64,000 nt of DNA from the NCBI GenBank assembly GCA_963708135.1, contig OY970192.1, positions 1,120,001 to 1,184,000 of the forward strand, given 5' to 3'. A model generated the notes under the pieces. The model saw nothing but the letters and a program-made list of their open reading frames with translations. It did not search any database and had not been told where the DNA came from. The translations under genes were made by a program, and so were the position numbers. This DNA is from an uncultured Gemmatimonadales bacterium (GTDB lineage: Bacteria; Gemmatimonadota; Gemmatimonadetes; Longimicrobiales; RSA9). Shown piece by piece: positions 30,235-39,382 of the stretch; within the stretch, counting starts at the first letter, position 1, and each line of letters opens with the position of its first letter.

Positions 30235-33200
30235 ATGAGCACCTCCCATGCGCGCCGCGCGCGCCTTCCGATCACCGTGATGCTCGCGATCCTCGCCTCG
30301 GCCGCCTGGAGCGGCGCGAGGGCGGCGGCCCTCGTTGTCCAGGGACCGGAGCGCACCCCCCTCGACCGACCCGCCCGGCTCGACGTGCACGACGTGCCGC
30401 TCGGCACGGCGCTCCGGACGCTCGCCGACCGCTCGGGCGTCCAGCTCGCCTACAGCCCGAGCCTGCTGCCGCTCCAGCTGCGGGTGAGCTGCCCGTGCCG
30501 GGCCGCCACCACCCGCCAGGCGCTCGAGCTGCTGCTCAGGCGGACCGGCTACACGGCGCGCGAGTCCGTCCGCAACGTGATGATCGTGCCGGCCGACCCG
30601 GCGGCCGCCCGGCCGCTCGATCCTTCGGCGCAGCCGGATGCCGCCTCGCCGCGACTGTCGCTGAGCGTGCCGGCGCCCGCCGCCGCGCGCATGCGGGCGC
30701 CCGGCACCATCACCGGCCAGGTGACGGCTGCCGAGACCGGTGAAGCGATCCCCGCCGCGAGCGTGATCATCGAGGGATCGCAGCTGGGCGCGATCACGGG
30801 CGAGGACGGGCGGTATCGGATCGGCGGGGTCCCGGCCGGCCCGCAGACCGTGACCGTGCGGCGCATCGGGTACGTGGCGGCGAGCCGGCCGGTGACGGTC
30901 CCCGATGGCGGAGCTCTGAGCGTGGACTTCTCGCTCAAGACCTCGGCGGTCAACCTGCAGCAGATCGTGGTGACGGGGACGGCCGGCAACCAGACGCGGG
31001 CCGCGCAGGGGGCGGTCGTGGCATCGGTCAATGTGGCCGCCCTGACGTCCAAGGCGCCCGTCTCGTCGGTGACGGAGCTCCTGTCGGGGCGGGTGTCGGG
31101 CGTGAACGTGACCACGGCCTCGGGGACCGTGGGCGCGGCGCCCCGCATCAACATCCGGGGCGCGGCGTCCATCTCGCTGTCGAACGCCCCGCTCGTGTTC
31201 ATCGACGGCATCCGGGTCTCGAGCGAGTCGCGCACCGACGTCGGCACCTACCACGGCCTCGAGCAGCTGGGCGGGCAGTCGGTCACGGCGCTCAACGACC
31301 TGAACCCCGACGACATCGCGAGCATCGAGATCGTCAAGGGACCAGCGGCGGCCACGCTCTACGGCGCGGACGCCTCGGCGGGCGTGATCCAGATCGTCAC
31401 CAAGAAGGGGCGCCTCGGCAGCCATGCCTTCGTGCAGAACGCCTCGTTCGAGTGGAACGTCGTGGATCCGAACTTCACCCCCTACTCGGTGTTCGGCACG
31501 TGCAGCGCGGGCCTGGTCGGGCCCGGCGGGCCGGCGCTGTGCCAGGGGCTCTCGGCGGGGAGCGTCGTCTCGGACAACCCGCTGGTGCGGGAGGGCGTGT
31601 ACCGGAACGGCCACCTCGAGTCGCTGGTCTACGACGGGCACGGCGGCGGGGACAACTTCGGCTACTACGTCTCCGCGAGCGCCACGGACGAGAAGGGCAC
31701 GACGCCGAACAACTCCTACACCCGGCGCACCGGCCGCGCGAGCTTCAACTGGGCCGTGGGGCGGCAGCTCGGCATCGACTTCACCGCCGGGCTGAGCCGC
31801 AACGTCTACAAGCTGCCGCAGGGCGACGACTCGCAGTACGGCTACCTTGCGGATGGCGAGTTCGAGTCGAGCCCGTTCGCGGTGCAGCTCGACGCGAACG
31901 GCAACCGCACGGGCGGCGCGGCGTTCCCGATCGTCGGGCTGACGCAGATCCGCGACGAGCTGACCACGCTCCGCTTCACGCCCTCCGCGCAGGTGCACTA
32001 CGCGCCGGTGAGCTGGTTCACGAACCGGCTGACGCTGGGCGCCGACCTCTCTTCGACCCACGGCGTCACGTTCTTCCCGACCAGCACCGAGAACTGGTAC
32101 AGCGGCGACCAGGTCAACGGCTACGTCGAGGACGTGCAGAACCCGATCGACATCTACACCGTGGACTACCTGGGCGACCTGCGCGCCAGCATCCACGGCG
32201 TCCAGTCGGACTTCTCCTTCGGCAGCCAGTACATCATCAACACCCACAACTACCTGGCCGGCGTCGGGATCGGGCTGGCCACGAACTCGGCCAACCTGGT
32301 CTCCTCCGCCTCGACCAACGAGTCGCACCAGACCTACGCGCAGACCAAGTCGTGGGGCCTCATCGGCCAGGAGCAGCTGGCGTTCGGCCAGCGCCTCTTC
32401 CTCCAGATCGGCGCCCGCATCGACCAGAACTCCTCCTTCGGCCAGGCCTACGGCGCCTTCTTCCTGCCGAAGGCCAGCGTCTCGTACGTGATCTCGCAGG
32501 AGCCGTTCTGGAGGCGCTTCGCGCCCGTCGTCTCCACGCTGCGGCTGCGTGCCGCGTACGGCACCACGGGCCGCTCGCCCACTCCCGGCGCCTCGCTGCG
32601 GACCTACGCGCCGGCGCCGTACGTGACCGCCACGGGAGGCGTCGGTCCCGGCGTCGTGCAGGCCAGTCCCGGCAACGCCGATCTGAAGCCGGAGCGAGGG
32701 AAGGAGTTCGAGGCGGGCTTCGACGCCGGCTTCTTCGACGAGCGCGCGGGCATCGAGCTCACCTACTTCGACAAGCGCACCTCCGACCTGCTGCTCGTCA
32801 ACCCGCTGGCGCCGTCGCTGGCCTATACGGTGAACCCCTTCGTGAACGCGGGCGCGGTGGACAACCGGGGCCTGGAGCTCACGCTGCGCGCGACGCCGAT
32901 CGCCGGTCCGCGCGCCACCTGGGACATCAGCTTCACCGGCAACACGCTGCGCAACCGGCTGACCAGCCTCGGCTCGCTCGCGATCCCGGACCAGAGCTGG
33001 ATCTTCCCCGACCTGACGACCCGCTACGTGATCGGCAAGCCGCTGAGCGCGTGGTACTCCAAGAAGATCCTCGCCGTGGACACGGCGGCCGGCTACGCCA
33101 CCGTGACGGACGGCCCCGTCTACTACGGCTCGCAGTTCCCCAGCTTCCAGGGCAACCTGAGCAGCACGCTCACGCTCTTCCACAACCTGCGCCTGTACGG

Positions 33201-33651
33201 GCTGCTCAGCGGGCAGAGCGGCGGCAGGATCCTCAACATCACGCAGCTCATCCAGGACCTGGTGGGGACCAGCGCCCAGGTGAACCTGGCGCCGGGACAG
33301 GGCGGCTACAGCGAAGCCGAGCGGCTGCGCCACCAGGGACCCTTCAGGACCGAGAGCGGCCAGCCGGCGGGCGGGGTGCTGGCCGCCTACGTCCAGCCGA
33401 CGGACTTCCTGCGCCTGAGCGAGCTCTCCGCCACCCTCACGCTGCCAGAGGGTTTCGCGAGCGCGGCGCACGTGCGCGCGGCGTCCCTCACGGCCGGCGG
33501 GCGGAACCTGCACCTCTGGAAGAGCGCCGACTACCAGGGCTGGGACCCCGAGGTGCTCGCCAACACCACCGGCACCCAGTTCCTCACGACCGAGGAGTTC
33601 ACGGTGCCGCAGGCGCGCCGCTGGATCTTCCGGCTCAACCTCCAGTTCTGA
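30235..33651 (+). CDS. SusC/RagA-type TonB-dependent receptor with N-terminal signalling domain
   Basis: STN-like N-terminus, PLVFIDG, LNPDDIASIEIVKGPAAATLYG, LKPE, C-terminal F. Confidence 0.92.
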   Translation: MSTSHARRARLPITVMLAILASAAWSGARAAALVVQGPERTPLDRPARLDVHDVPLGTALRTLADRSGVQLAYSPSLLPLQLRVSCPCRAATTRQALELLLRRTGYTARESVRNVMIVPADPAAARPLDPSAQPDAASPRLSLSVPAPAAARMRAPGTITGQVTAAETGEAIPAASVIIEGSQLGAITGEDGRYRIGGVPAGPQTVTVRRIGYVAASRPVTVPDGGALSVDFSLKTSAVNLQQIVVTGTAGNQTRAAQGAVVASVNVAALTSKAPVSSVTELLSGRVSGVNVTTASGTVGAAPRINIRGAASISLSNAPLVFIDGIRVSSESRTDVGTYHGLEQLGGQSVTALNDLNPDDIASIEIVKGPAAATLYGADASAGVIQIVTKKGRLGSHAFVQNASFEWNVVDPNFTPYSVFGTCSAGLVGPGGPALCQGLSAGSVVSDNPLVREGVYRNGHLESLVYDGHGGGDNFGYYVSASATDEKGTTPNNSYTRRTGRASFNWAVGRQLGIDFTAGLSRNVYKLPQGDDSQYGYLADGEFESSPFAVQLDANGNRTGGAAFPIVGLTQIRDELTTLRFTPSAQVHYAPVSWFTNRLTLGADLSSTHGVTFFPTSTENWYSGDQVNGYVEDVQNPIDIYTVDYLGDLRASIHGVQSDFSFGSQYIINTHNYLAGVGIGLATNSANLVSSASTNESHQTYAQTKSWGLIGQEQLAFGQRLFLQIGARIDQNSSFGQAYGAFFLPKASVSYVISQEPFWRRFAPVVSTLRLRAAYGTTGRSPTPGASLRTYAPAPYVTATGGVGPGVVQASPGNADLKPERGKEFEAGFDAGFFDERAGIELTYFDKRTSDLLLVNPLAPSLAYTVNPFVNAGAVDNRGLELTLRATPIAGPRATWDISFTGNTLRNRLTSLGSLAIPDQSWIFPDLTTRYVIGKPLSAWYSKKILAVDTAAGYATVTDGPVYYGSQFPSFQGNLSSTLTLFHNLRLYGLLSGQSGGRILNITQLIQDLVGTSAQVNLAPGQGGYSEAERLRHQGPFRTESGQPAGGVLAAYVQPTDFLRLSELSATLTLPEGFASAAHVRAASLTAGGRNLHLWKSADYQGWDPEVLANTTGTQFLTTEEFTVPQARRWIFRLNLQF

Positions 33652-33662
33652 AGGAGACGCCC

Positions 33663-34922
33663 ATGAGAACCATCCTCCGGTGGTCCATTGCGCGGGCGGC
33701 CCCGGCGTGCGCCTGCATCCTGATCGGGCTGGCGGGCTGCAACATGGACGTCGCCAACCCGTCGGTCATCGACGCGTCCACCTTCGACCCGAGCACGAAC
33801 GGGCAGACGCTCGCCCTCTCCGCCCAGACCAACTTTTTCAGCGCGTTCCAGACCGTGGCGCTCTTCGGGGGCCTCATCTCCGGCGAGCTGTACACGGGCG
33901 CGATCCGGCTGCAGACCAACAAGCTCAGCAGCCGGACCTTCCTCTCGACCAATGACATCAATGGCGACTTCTTCGCCCCCCTGAGCCTCGCCATCGCCTC
34001 GAACCTCAACGCCGCCGAGACGCTGCGCCGCGGCGGAGCGGCCGCCTCCGACCTGAACCTGGCGCGGGTCGAGATGAACGCCGGCTTCTCGCTCGAGCTC
34101 ATGGCCGAGACCATGTGCTCCGGCGTCGTGCAGGGCGGGCCGGAGCTGAGCGACGCCGAGCTCCTGGACTCCGCCGCCGTGCACTTCGCGAACGCCGTCG
34201 CCATCGCGAGCGCCGCCGGCGCCGCGGGCGCGGACCTGGCCGCCGAGGCCAACGTCGGCCTGGCGCGCACCTACCTCCAGCAGGGCGACGACGCGGGCGC
34301 CGCGCAGACGGCGGCCCTCGTGCCCGCGGACTTCGTCGGCTACGTCTACACCAGCGCGAACGTCAGCACGCAGGCCACGCTCGGCAACCAGATCTACGCC
34401 ACGACCATCGGCGGCCAGGCCATCATCCCGCGCCTCTACCGCGACCTCTCCGACCCGCGCGTGCCGATCGACAGCACGGCCGTCGGACACACCACCGCGC
34501 CCGGGCTGCCCTACATCATCCAGCGCAAGTACGACGGCTACGGCGCCTTCTACCGGCTGGCGTCGGGGCTCGAGGCGCGTTTCATCGCCGCCGAGGCGAC
34601 GCTCCACGCCAGCGGCGACACCGGCCCCGCCCTCGCCCTCATCGCCACCGAGCGCGCCGCCGGCGGCCAGCCGCCCTACGCGGGCGGCACCGACGCGGCC
34701 TCCGTGCTCGCGGAGCTGCTCAACCAGCGCGCCCGCGAGTTCTGGATGGAGGGCAAGAAGCTGGGCGACCTGCGCCGCAACCCGTCCGTCCCGCTGGAGG
34801 TCGTCCTCACCGATCCCGTGGGCGCGCCGTACTACAACGCGGGCGCGGCACAGTTCGGCGACGCCTTCTGCACGCCGATCCCGCCCCAGGAGACGAACGC
34901 GAACCCCAACTTCCAGCCATAG
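33663..34922 (+). CDS. SusD/RagB-like lipoprotein
   Basis: Lipobox LAGC, RAREFWMEG..LGDLRR, PIPPQE..NPN. Confidence 0.85.
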   Translation: MRTILRWSIARAAPACACILIGLAGCNMDVANPSVIDASTFDPSTNGQTLALSAQTNFFSAFQTVALFGGLISGELYTGAIRLQTNKLSSRTFLSTNDINGDFFAPLSLAIASNLNAAETLRRGGAAASDLNLARVEMNAGFSLELMAETMCSGVVQGGPELSDAELLDSAAVHFANAVAIASAAGAAGADLAAEANVGLARTYLQQGDDAGAAQTAALVPADFVGYVYTSANVSTQATLGNQIYATTIGGQAIIPRLYRDLSDPRVPIDSTAVGHTTAPGLPYIIQRKYDGYGAFYRLASGLEARFIAAEATLHASGDTGPALALIATERAAGGQPPYAGGTDAASVLAELLNQRAREFWMEGKKLGDLRRNPSVPLEVVLTDPVGAPYYNAGAAQFGDAFCTPIPPQETNANPNFQP

Positions 34923-34931
34923 AGGCCCGCC

Positions 34932-35681
34932 ATGTCGGACGACAGCAGCAAGGAACTCCGCTTCCTGAAGGCCTACGCCTACGGCGCGACCACGCTGATC
35001 GTCCTGCTCGGCGTGCTCGCCTTCCGCGCGCGCCAGACGCCCCGATTCAGGGAGATCCAGGTCCAGCGCATCGACGTGGTCGAGCCCGACGGCACCCTCC
35101 GCATGGTGCTCTCCAACCACACGCTCTTCCCCCAGCCGATCATCGGCGGAAAGGCCTATCCGCTCCGCACCGGCACCGGCGGCGCTGGCGCCGGCATGAT
35201 CTTCTACAACGATGAGGGAAACGAGGACGGCGGGCTCACGTTCACCGGCCGCAGGACGGCGGACGGCTACGCCGCCGGGGCCGGGCTGTCGCTCGACCAG
35301 TACAACCAGGACGAGACGGTGACCCTCTCCTACGACGACCGCAACGGCCGCCGCCGCGCCGGCCTCACCATCGCGGACCGGCCGAACGGCTCCATTCAGG
35401 TGTTCGCCGACAGCGCCATGGCCATCCGCGCCCTGCCCGACGGGCCGGAGAAGACGCGGCGCCTGGCCGCGCTGCAGACCTACATGCGCAGCCAGGGCTA
35501 TTTCGGCGACACCCCCCGCGTGTACGCCGGCAAGGACCCCGATCGGACCGCCCTCGTGGTCCTGTCCGATCCGCAGGGCCGCCCCCGCCTCCGGCTGGCG
35601 GTCGATTCCCTCGGCGCCCCGAAGCTCCAGTTCCTGGACGAGGCCGGCAAGGTCACGTCCGAGCTGCCCGCCAGGCGTTGA
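34932..35681 (+). CDS. Membrane-anchored hypothetical protein (paralog of 28406-29161)
   Basis: LKAYA + TM, IQVQRIDVVEPDG, IFYNDEGNEDGGL, LSDPQGRPRLRL. Confidence 0.8.
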   Translation: MSDDSSKELRFLKAYAYGATTLIVLLGVLAFRARQTPRFREIQVQRIDVVEPDGTLRMVLSNHTLFPQPIIGGKAYPLRTGTGGAGAGMIFYNDEGNEDGGLTFTGRRTADGYAAGAGLSLDQYNQDETVTLSYDDRNGRRRAGLTIADRPNGSIQVFADSAMAIRALPDGPEKTRRLAALQTYMRSQGYFGDTPRVYAGKDPDRTALVVLSDPQGRPRLRLAVDSLGAPKLQFLDEAGKVTSELPARR

Positions 35682-35928
35682 GCCGGCCGGGTCGGGCCGC
35701 GTAGCCTTCCCACCGCCCGCCGGGCGGTGAGCCCGCTCCCCGGCCGGAGGTCACCGCGCACCATCCCGCCGCTGCGGCTCCGGCGGCGCATCTTTCTGGT
35801 GGTCCGCGCCCCTTCGTCCTAGCTTTCCCGCATGGCTGAAGAGCAGCGACGCGACCATCGCTGCACAACCCCCTTCCGTAGCCCCTCTACGGGAACCGCC
35901 CGGCCACCGCTGCGACGGAGGTGAGCCC

Positions 35929-37224
35929 ATGCCCCGCCCGATCCGCTCCTGCCTCGCCCTGCTCCCCTTCGCGCTGCTCGCCGGCATCGCCGCGCCCGGG
36001 CCCGCCCGCGCGCAGGTGCGCGTTCCGCTCGAGCGCATCACGCGCATCGCGCCGGACTCCACCCTCCGGCGCGGGGTGACGGTGCTCAGCGCGCGCGGCG
36101 TGGACACGGCGCGCGTGTCGAGCGCGGGGCTCAGGCTCGAGCGCGGCACGTTCGCTGTGCTGAAGACGGCCGAAGCGCCGCGGCCGGTGGCGGGGCCCGT
36201 CGAGACCGGCGTCCATTACCGCGGCGACCCGGCGCGGCCGGCCGGCCCGTTCATGGCCCTGCCGATCCGCCTGCTCACGCCCAATGCGACGGGGACCGGC
36301 ACCTGGGTGCTGCGCCCCGTCTACCAGATCGCCCGCCGCATGCGCTGGAACGCCGGGGACGGCTCCTTCGACGGCGCCATCTTCATCGCCGTGGAGGACT
36401 CGCTGCACCCGCGCGAGAGCCGGCCCCTGCCCACGCCCGTCCGGTTCCAGCTCTCCGCCGACGCCGACAGCCTCGCGCCCGACACCTTCGCCGTCACCCG
36501 GACCAACTTCCCGTTGAAGCGCGTCAACGTGGCCGCGCGCGACGCCACCGACTCCGTCCGCGTGCACCTCGCCGCCGAGTTCGACGCGCAGGGCACCGAC
36601 GTCTGGGTGCCGGTCGAGCCGACGCTCCGCATCGAGGCGCCGGCGCGCATGCAGGGCTGTGGCGTCGGCAGCGCGCGCGTCATCGTGCGCATCGCCGGCA
36701 GCCGCGCCCACCCGCCCTCCGCGGTCACGCTCGTGCCGAGCGCCGGCGAGCTCGACGCCGACACCGTCGCCATCGGCGGCGCCGCCAGCGGCAGCGCCCG
36801 CCTGCGCTCGGCCGGAACCGGGCCCGTGACCCTCACCGCGTCCGCCCCGGGCTACCAGGACGCGACCGCCACCATCCAGTTCGTCTTCCCGGTCGTGTTC
36901 CTGCTCGCGGCGCTCCTCGGCGGCGTGTTCGGCGGCCTCGCGAGCGCCGTCCAGAGCCGTGTGCCGGGGGCGAGGACGCGCTGGGGAGAGGCCGCGCTGA
37001 AGGGAGTCGCGGCGGGCGCGCTCGGCGCGCTCGCGTGGTACGCCCTCGGCGTCAACCTGCTCAAGCTCCAGCTCGGCGTGCCCCGATTCAACGAGCTGGC
37101 CGTCTTCACCACCTCCGCGCTCTTCGGGTTCGCCGGGCTCCAGCTGCTGCCCGCCGCCGACAGGACCGAACCAGCACACGCACCCGAGCCCGCACCGGCG
37201 GAGCCCGGAAAAATCACCCGGTAG
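35929..37224 (+). CDS. Hypothetical exported protein with C-terminal TM helices
   Basis: GGAGG RBS, signal peptide, beta-rich body, three hydrophobic C-terminal segments. Confidence 0.75.
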   Translation: MPRPIRSCLALLPFALLAGIAAPGPARAQVRVPLERITRIAPDSTLRRGVTVLSARGVDTARVSSAGLRLERGTFAVLKTAEAPRPVAGPVETGVHYRGDPARPAGPFMALPIRLLTPNATGTGTWVLRPVYQIARRMRWNAGDGSFDGAIFIAVEDSLHPRESRPLPTPVRFQLSADADSLAPDTFAVTRTNFPLKRVNVAARDATDSVRVHLAAEFDAQGTDVWVPVEPTLRIEAPARMQGCGVGSARVIVRIAGSRAHPPSAVTLVPSAGELDADTVAIGGAASGSARLRSAGTGPVTLTASAPGYQDATATIQFVFPVVFLLAALLGGVFGGLASAVQSRVPGARTRWGEAALKGVAAGALGALAWYALGVNLLKLQLGVPRFNELAVFTTSALFGFAGLQLLPAADRTEPAHAPEPAPAEPGKITR

Positions 37225-37242
37225 GGGGTGCCAACCCCCCCC

Positions 37243-37433
37243 CGACTGATTGCGGCACGACCCACTACGGCACGACCGACTGCGGCACGACCCACTACGG
37301 CACGACCGACTGCGGCACGACCAACTGCGGCACGGCCAACGGCGGCACACCAACTGCGACTGACTGCGGCACGACCCACTACGGCACGACCGACTGCGAC
37401 TGACTGCGGCACGGCCAACTACGGCACTACGGC
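37243..37433 (+). repeat. Type-A tandem array
   Basis: CTGCGGCACGAC / CTACGGCACGAC units. Confidence 0.9.
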
Positions 37434-37455
37434 GTGAACGGCTGCGGGTAGGCTC

Positions 37456-37785
37456 TTGGGGGCAGCCTGGCGGTCCAGGAAGAAAGCAATCGTCGCGGTC
37501 GTGACGGTCAGCGCGGTGGCCCTCGCGAATCGCGGTGGGCTCGCGCCCACCACGAGCGGCCAGGACTCCGCAGAATCGCTCGGGGGTCCTGCCGAGCCGC
37601 GAGCGGACCTCCAGGTGGTTGCGCTTTGCGCCCCGGCTGCTCGCACCCGTACGCCTCGGAAATCTTGTACTGGCCGGGAACCCCGCCGCGCGCCGAGTCT
37701 GGTCAACGTCCGGGCCGAACCCCGGCGGAAGCAGCTCGATCGGCGCGTGCCCACCTCGGCACCGAGCGCGCTCAGCCGCCAATGA
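37456..37785 (-). pseudogene. Frameshifted four-helix-bundle gene
   Basis: Colinear DNA similarity to 51663-51990; fragments LLPPGFGPDVDQTRRAAG, KRNHLEV and RATALTVT lie in different frames; N-terminus absent. Confidence 0.82.
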
Positions 37786-37807
37786 TGCGCGGTTGGCTGC
37801 GCCGTCC

Positions 37808-38106
37808 GCCGCCGCAAGGAGTGCCGCCGCCAGGAGTGCCGCCGTAAGCAGCTGCCGCCGTAAGCAGTGCCGCCGTAAGCAGTGGCGCCGCCGTAGGTAG
37901 TGCCGCCGTAAGCAGTGCCGCCGTCGGTAGTGCCGCCGTAAGCAGTTGCCGCCGTAAGCAGTGCCGCCGTAAGCAGTGGCGCCGCCGTAAGTAGTGCCGC
38001 CGTAAGGAGTGCCGCCGTCGGTAGTGCCGCCGTAAGCAGTTGCCGCCGTCCGTAGTGCCGCCGTAAGCAGTTGCCGCCGCAAGAAGTGCCGCCGCCGTAA
38101 GCAGTG
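37808..38106 (-). repeat. Type-B tandem array (GYAGTGCCGCCGTAA on +)
   Basis: About 19 units of 15-18 bp. Confidence 0.92.
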
Positions 38107-38176
38107 TCTCCCCCGAGGGCCGGGGGGGGGACGGCCTTCCGCGGTCCAAGACGTGATCCTTGACTTTGTGCCCCCT

Positions 38177-38192
38177 GCCAATACGTATTAGC
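38177..38192. promoter_or_regulatory. Candidate LacI-type operator GCCAATACGTATTAGC
   Basis: Near-perfect palindrome with central CG, downstream of TTGACT (38160-38165) and upstream of the LacI gene. Confidence 0.6.
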
Positions 38193-38347
38193 TCTCGATT
38201 CCACTTTGCTGCACGTATCGGTGGTACGGGCGCGTTTGTCCGCCCGGCGGCGCCCCTCCCCCCGAGGCGGCTGGGTGTTGGGGTGGGGCCGTCCCGAACG
38301 CCGGGGGGGCGGGGGGAATCCCCCGCGTCAAGATGGAGGGGAGGAAA

Positions 38348-39382
38348 TTGCCCAAGCGTCCTCGTGTCACCAGCCACGACGTCGCCGCGCGAGCTGGCGT
38401 CTCGCAGGCCACCGTCTCGCTCGTGTTGAGCGGGAACCCGCGGGCGCGGGTGGCGGAGGCGACGCGAGCGCGGGTGGCGCGGGCGGCGGAGGATCTGGGC
38501 TACCGGCCGAACCTGGTGGCGCGGGCGCTGGTGCAGCGGCGCTCGTACGCGATCGGGGTGGTGGTGCCGACGTTGGAGAATCCGTTCTTCGTGGATGTGG
38601 TGAGCGGGCTGGAGCGGGTGGCGGTGGAGAAGGGCTATGCGGTGCTGCTGTCGAACGCGCGGGGCAACCCGGTGGCGGCGCAGGTGGAGACGCTGCGGGC
38701 GCGCATGGTGGACGGGCTGATCATCGATGCTGCGGGGGCGGCGGCGCTGCCGGAGGAGCTGCTCACGGACGTGAACGTGGTGCTGCTGGAGGAGGTGTCG
38801 GAGCGCTGGCCGACGGTGTCGAGCGATGCCGAGCGGGCGGGCGCGCTGGCGGCGGAGCACCTGCTCGGGCTCGGCCACCGGGCGCTGGCGATGATCGGCC
38901 CGGCCACCGACGTCCATGCGTTCCGGCGGCGGGAGCGGGGGTTCATCGGGGCGCTGCGTGCGGCGGGCCTGTCGGTCCGCTCCGAGTGGCTGCGGCGCTC
39001 GCCGGCCACGGTGCGGGGCGGGCGGGAGGCGATGCGGTCGCTGCTCGGGCTGGCCGAGCGGCCGACGGGCGTCTTCTGCGTGAACGACCTGGCGGCGCTC
39101 GGTGCGCTGAAGGCGTGCCTCTCGGCGCGCGTGCCGGTGCCGGGCGAGGTCTCGCTGGTGGGGTGCGACGACATCGAGATGGCGCGCCTCACGACGCCCG
39201 AGCTCAGCACCGTGACCGTGCCGGCGCGCGAGCTGGGCGCGCGTGCCGCGCGGCTGCTGATCGAGCGGGTCGAGCGGGGCGGGGAGGCGACGCCGCCGCG
39301 CCGGCCGCTCCCGGTCTCGCTGGCCGCGCGGGGGACGACGGGTCCGGCGCCGGCCGCGGCCGCTCCGGAGGTGGCGGGGTGA
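38348..39382 (+). CDS. LacI-family transcriptional regulator
   Basis: DVAARAGVSQATVSLVL, LGYRPN, NPFF, NDLAALG, VSLVGCDD; TTG after GGAGG. Confidence 0.93.
   Translation: MPKRPRVTSHDVAARAGVSQATVSLVLSGNPRARVAEATRARVARAAEDLGYRPNLVARALVQRRSYAIGVVVPTLENPFFVDVVSGLERVAVEKGYAVLLSNARGNPVAAQVETLRARMVDGLIIDAAGAAALPEELLTDVNVVLLEEVSERWPTVSSDAERAGALAAEHLLGLGHRALAMIGPATDVHAFRRRERGFIGALRAAGLSVRSEWLRRSPATVRGGREAMRSLLGLAERPTGVFCVNDLAALGALKACLSARVPVPGEVSLVGCDDIEMARLTTPELSTVTVPARELGARAARLLIERVERGGEATPPRRPLPVSLAARGTTGPAPAAAAPEVAG

Noticed and set aside
29584..33513. Long antisense and alternate-frame ORFs (e.g. 1309 aa here, 1145 aa at 56879, 772 aa at 1076)
   Set aside because: Arg/Pro/Gly-rich shadow ORFs typical of high-GC DNA, overlapping well-supported genes.
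37419..38204. Repeat-rich ORFs such as (TAALL)n or (YGGT)n
   Set aside because: Translations of the DNA arrays; mixed 15/16/18-bp units break any consistent frame.
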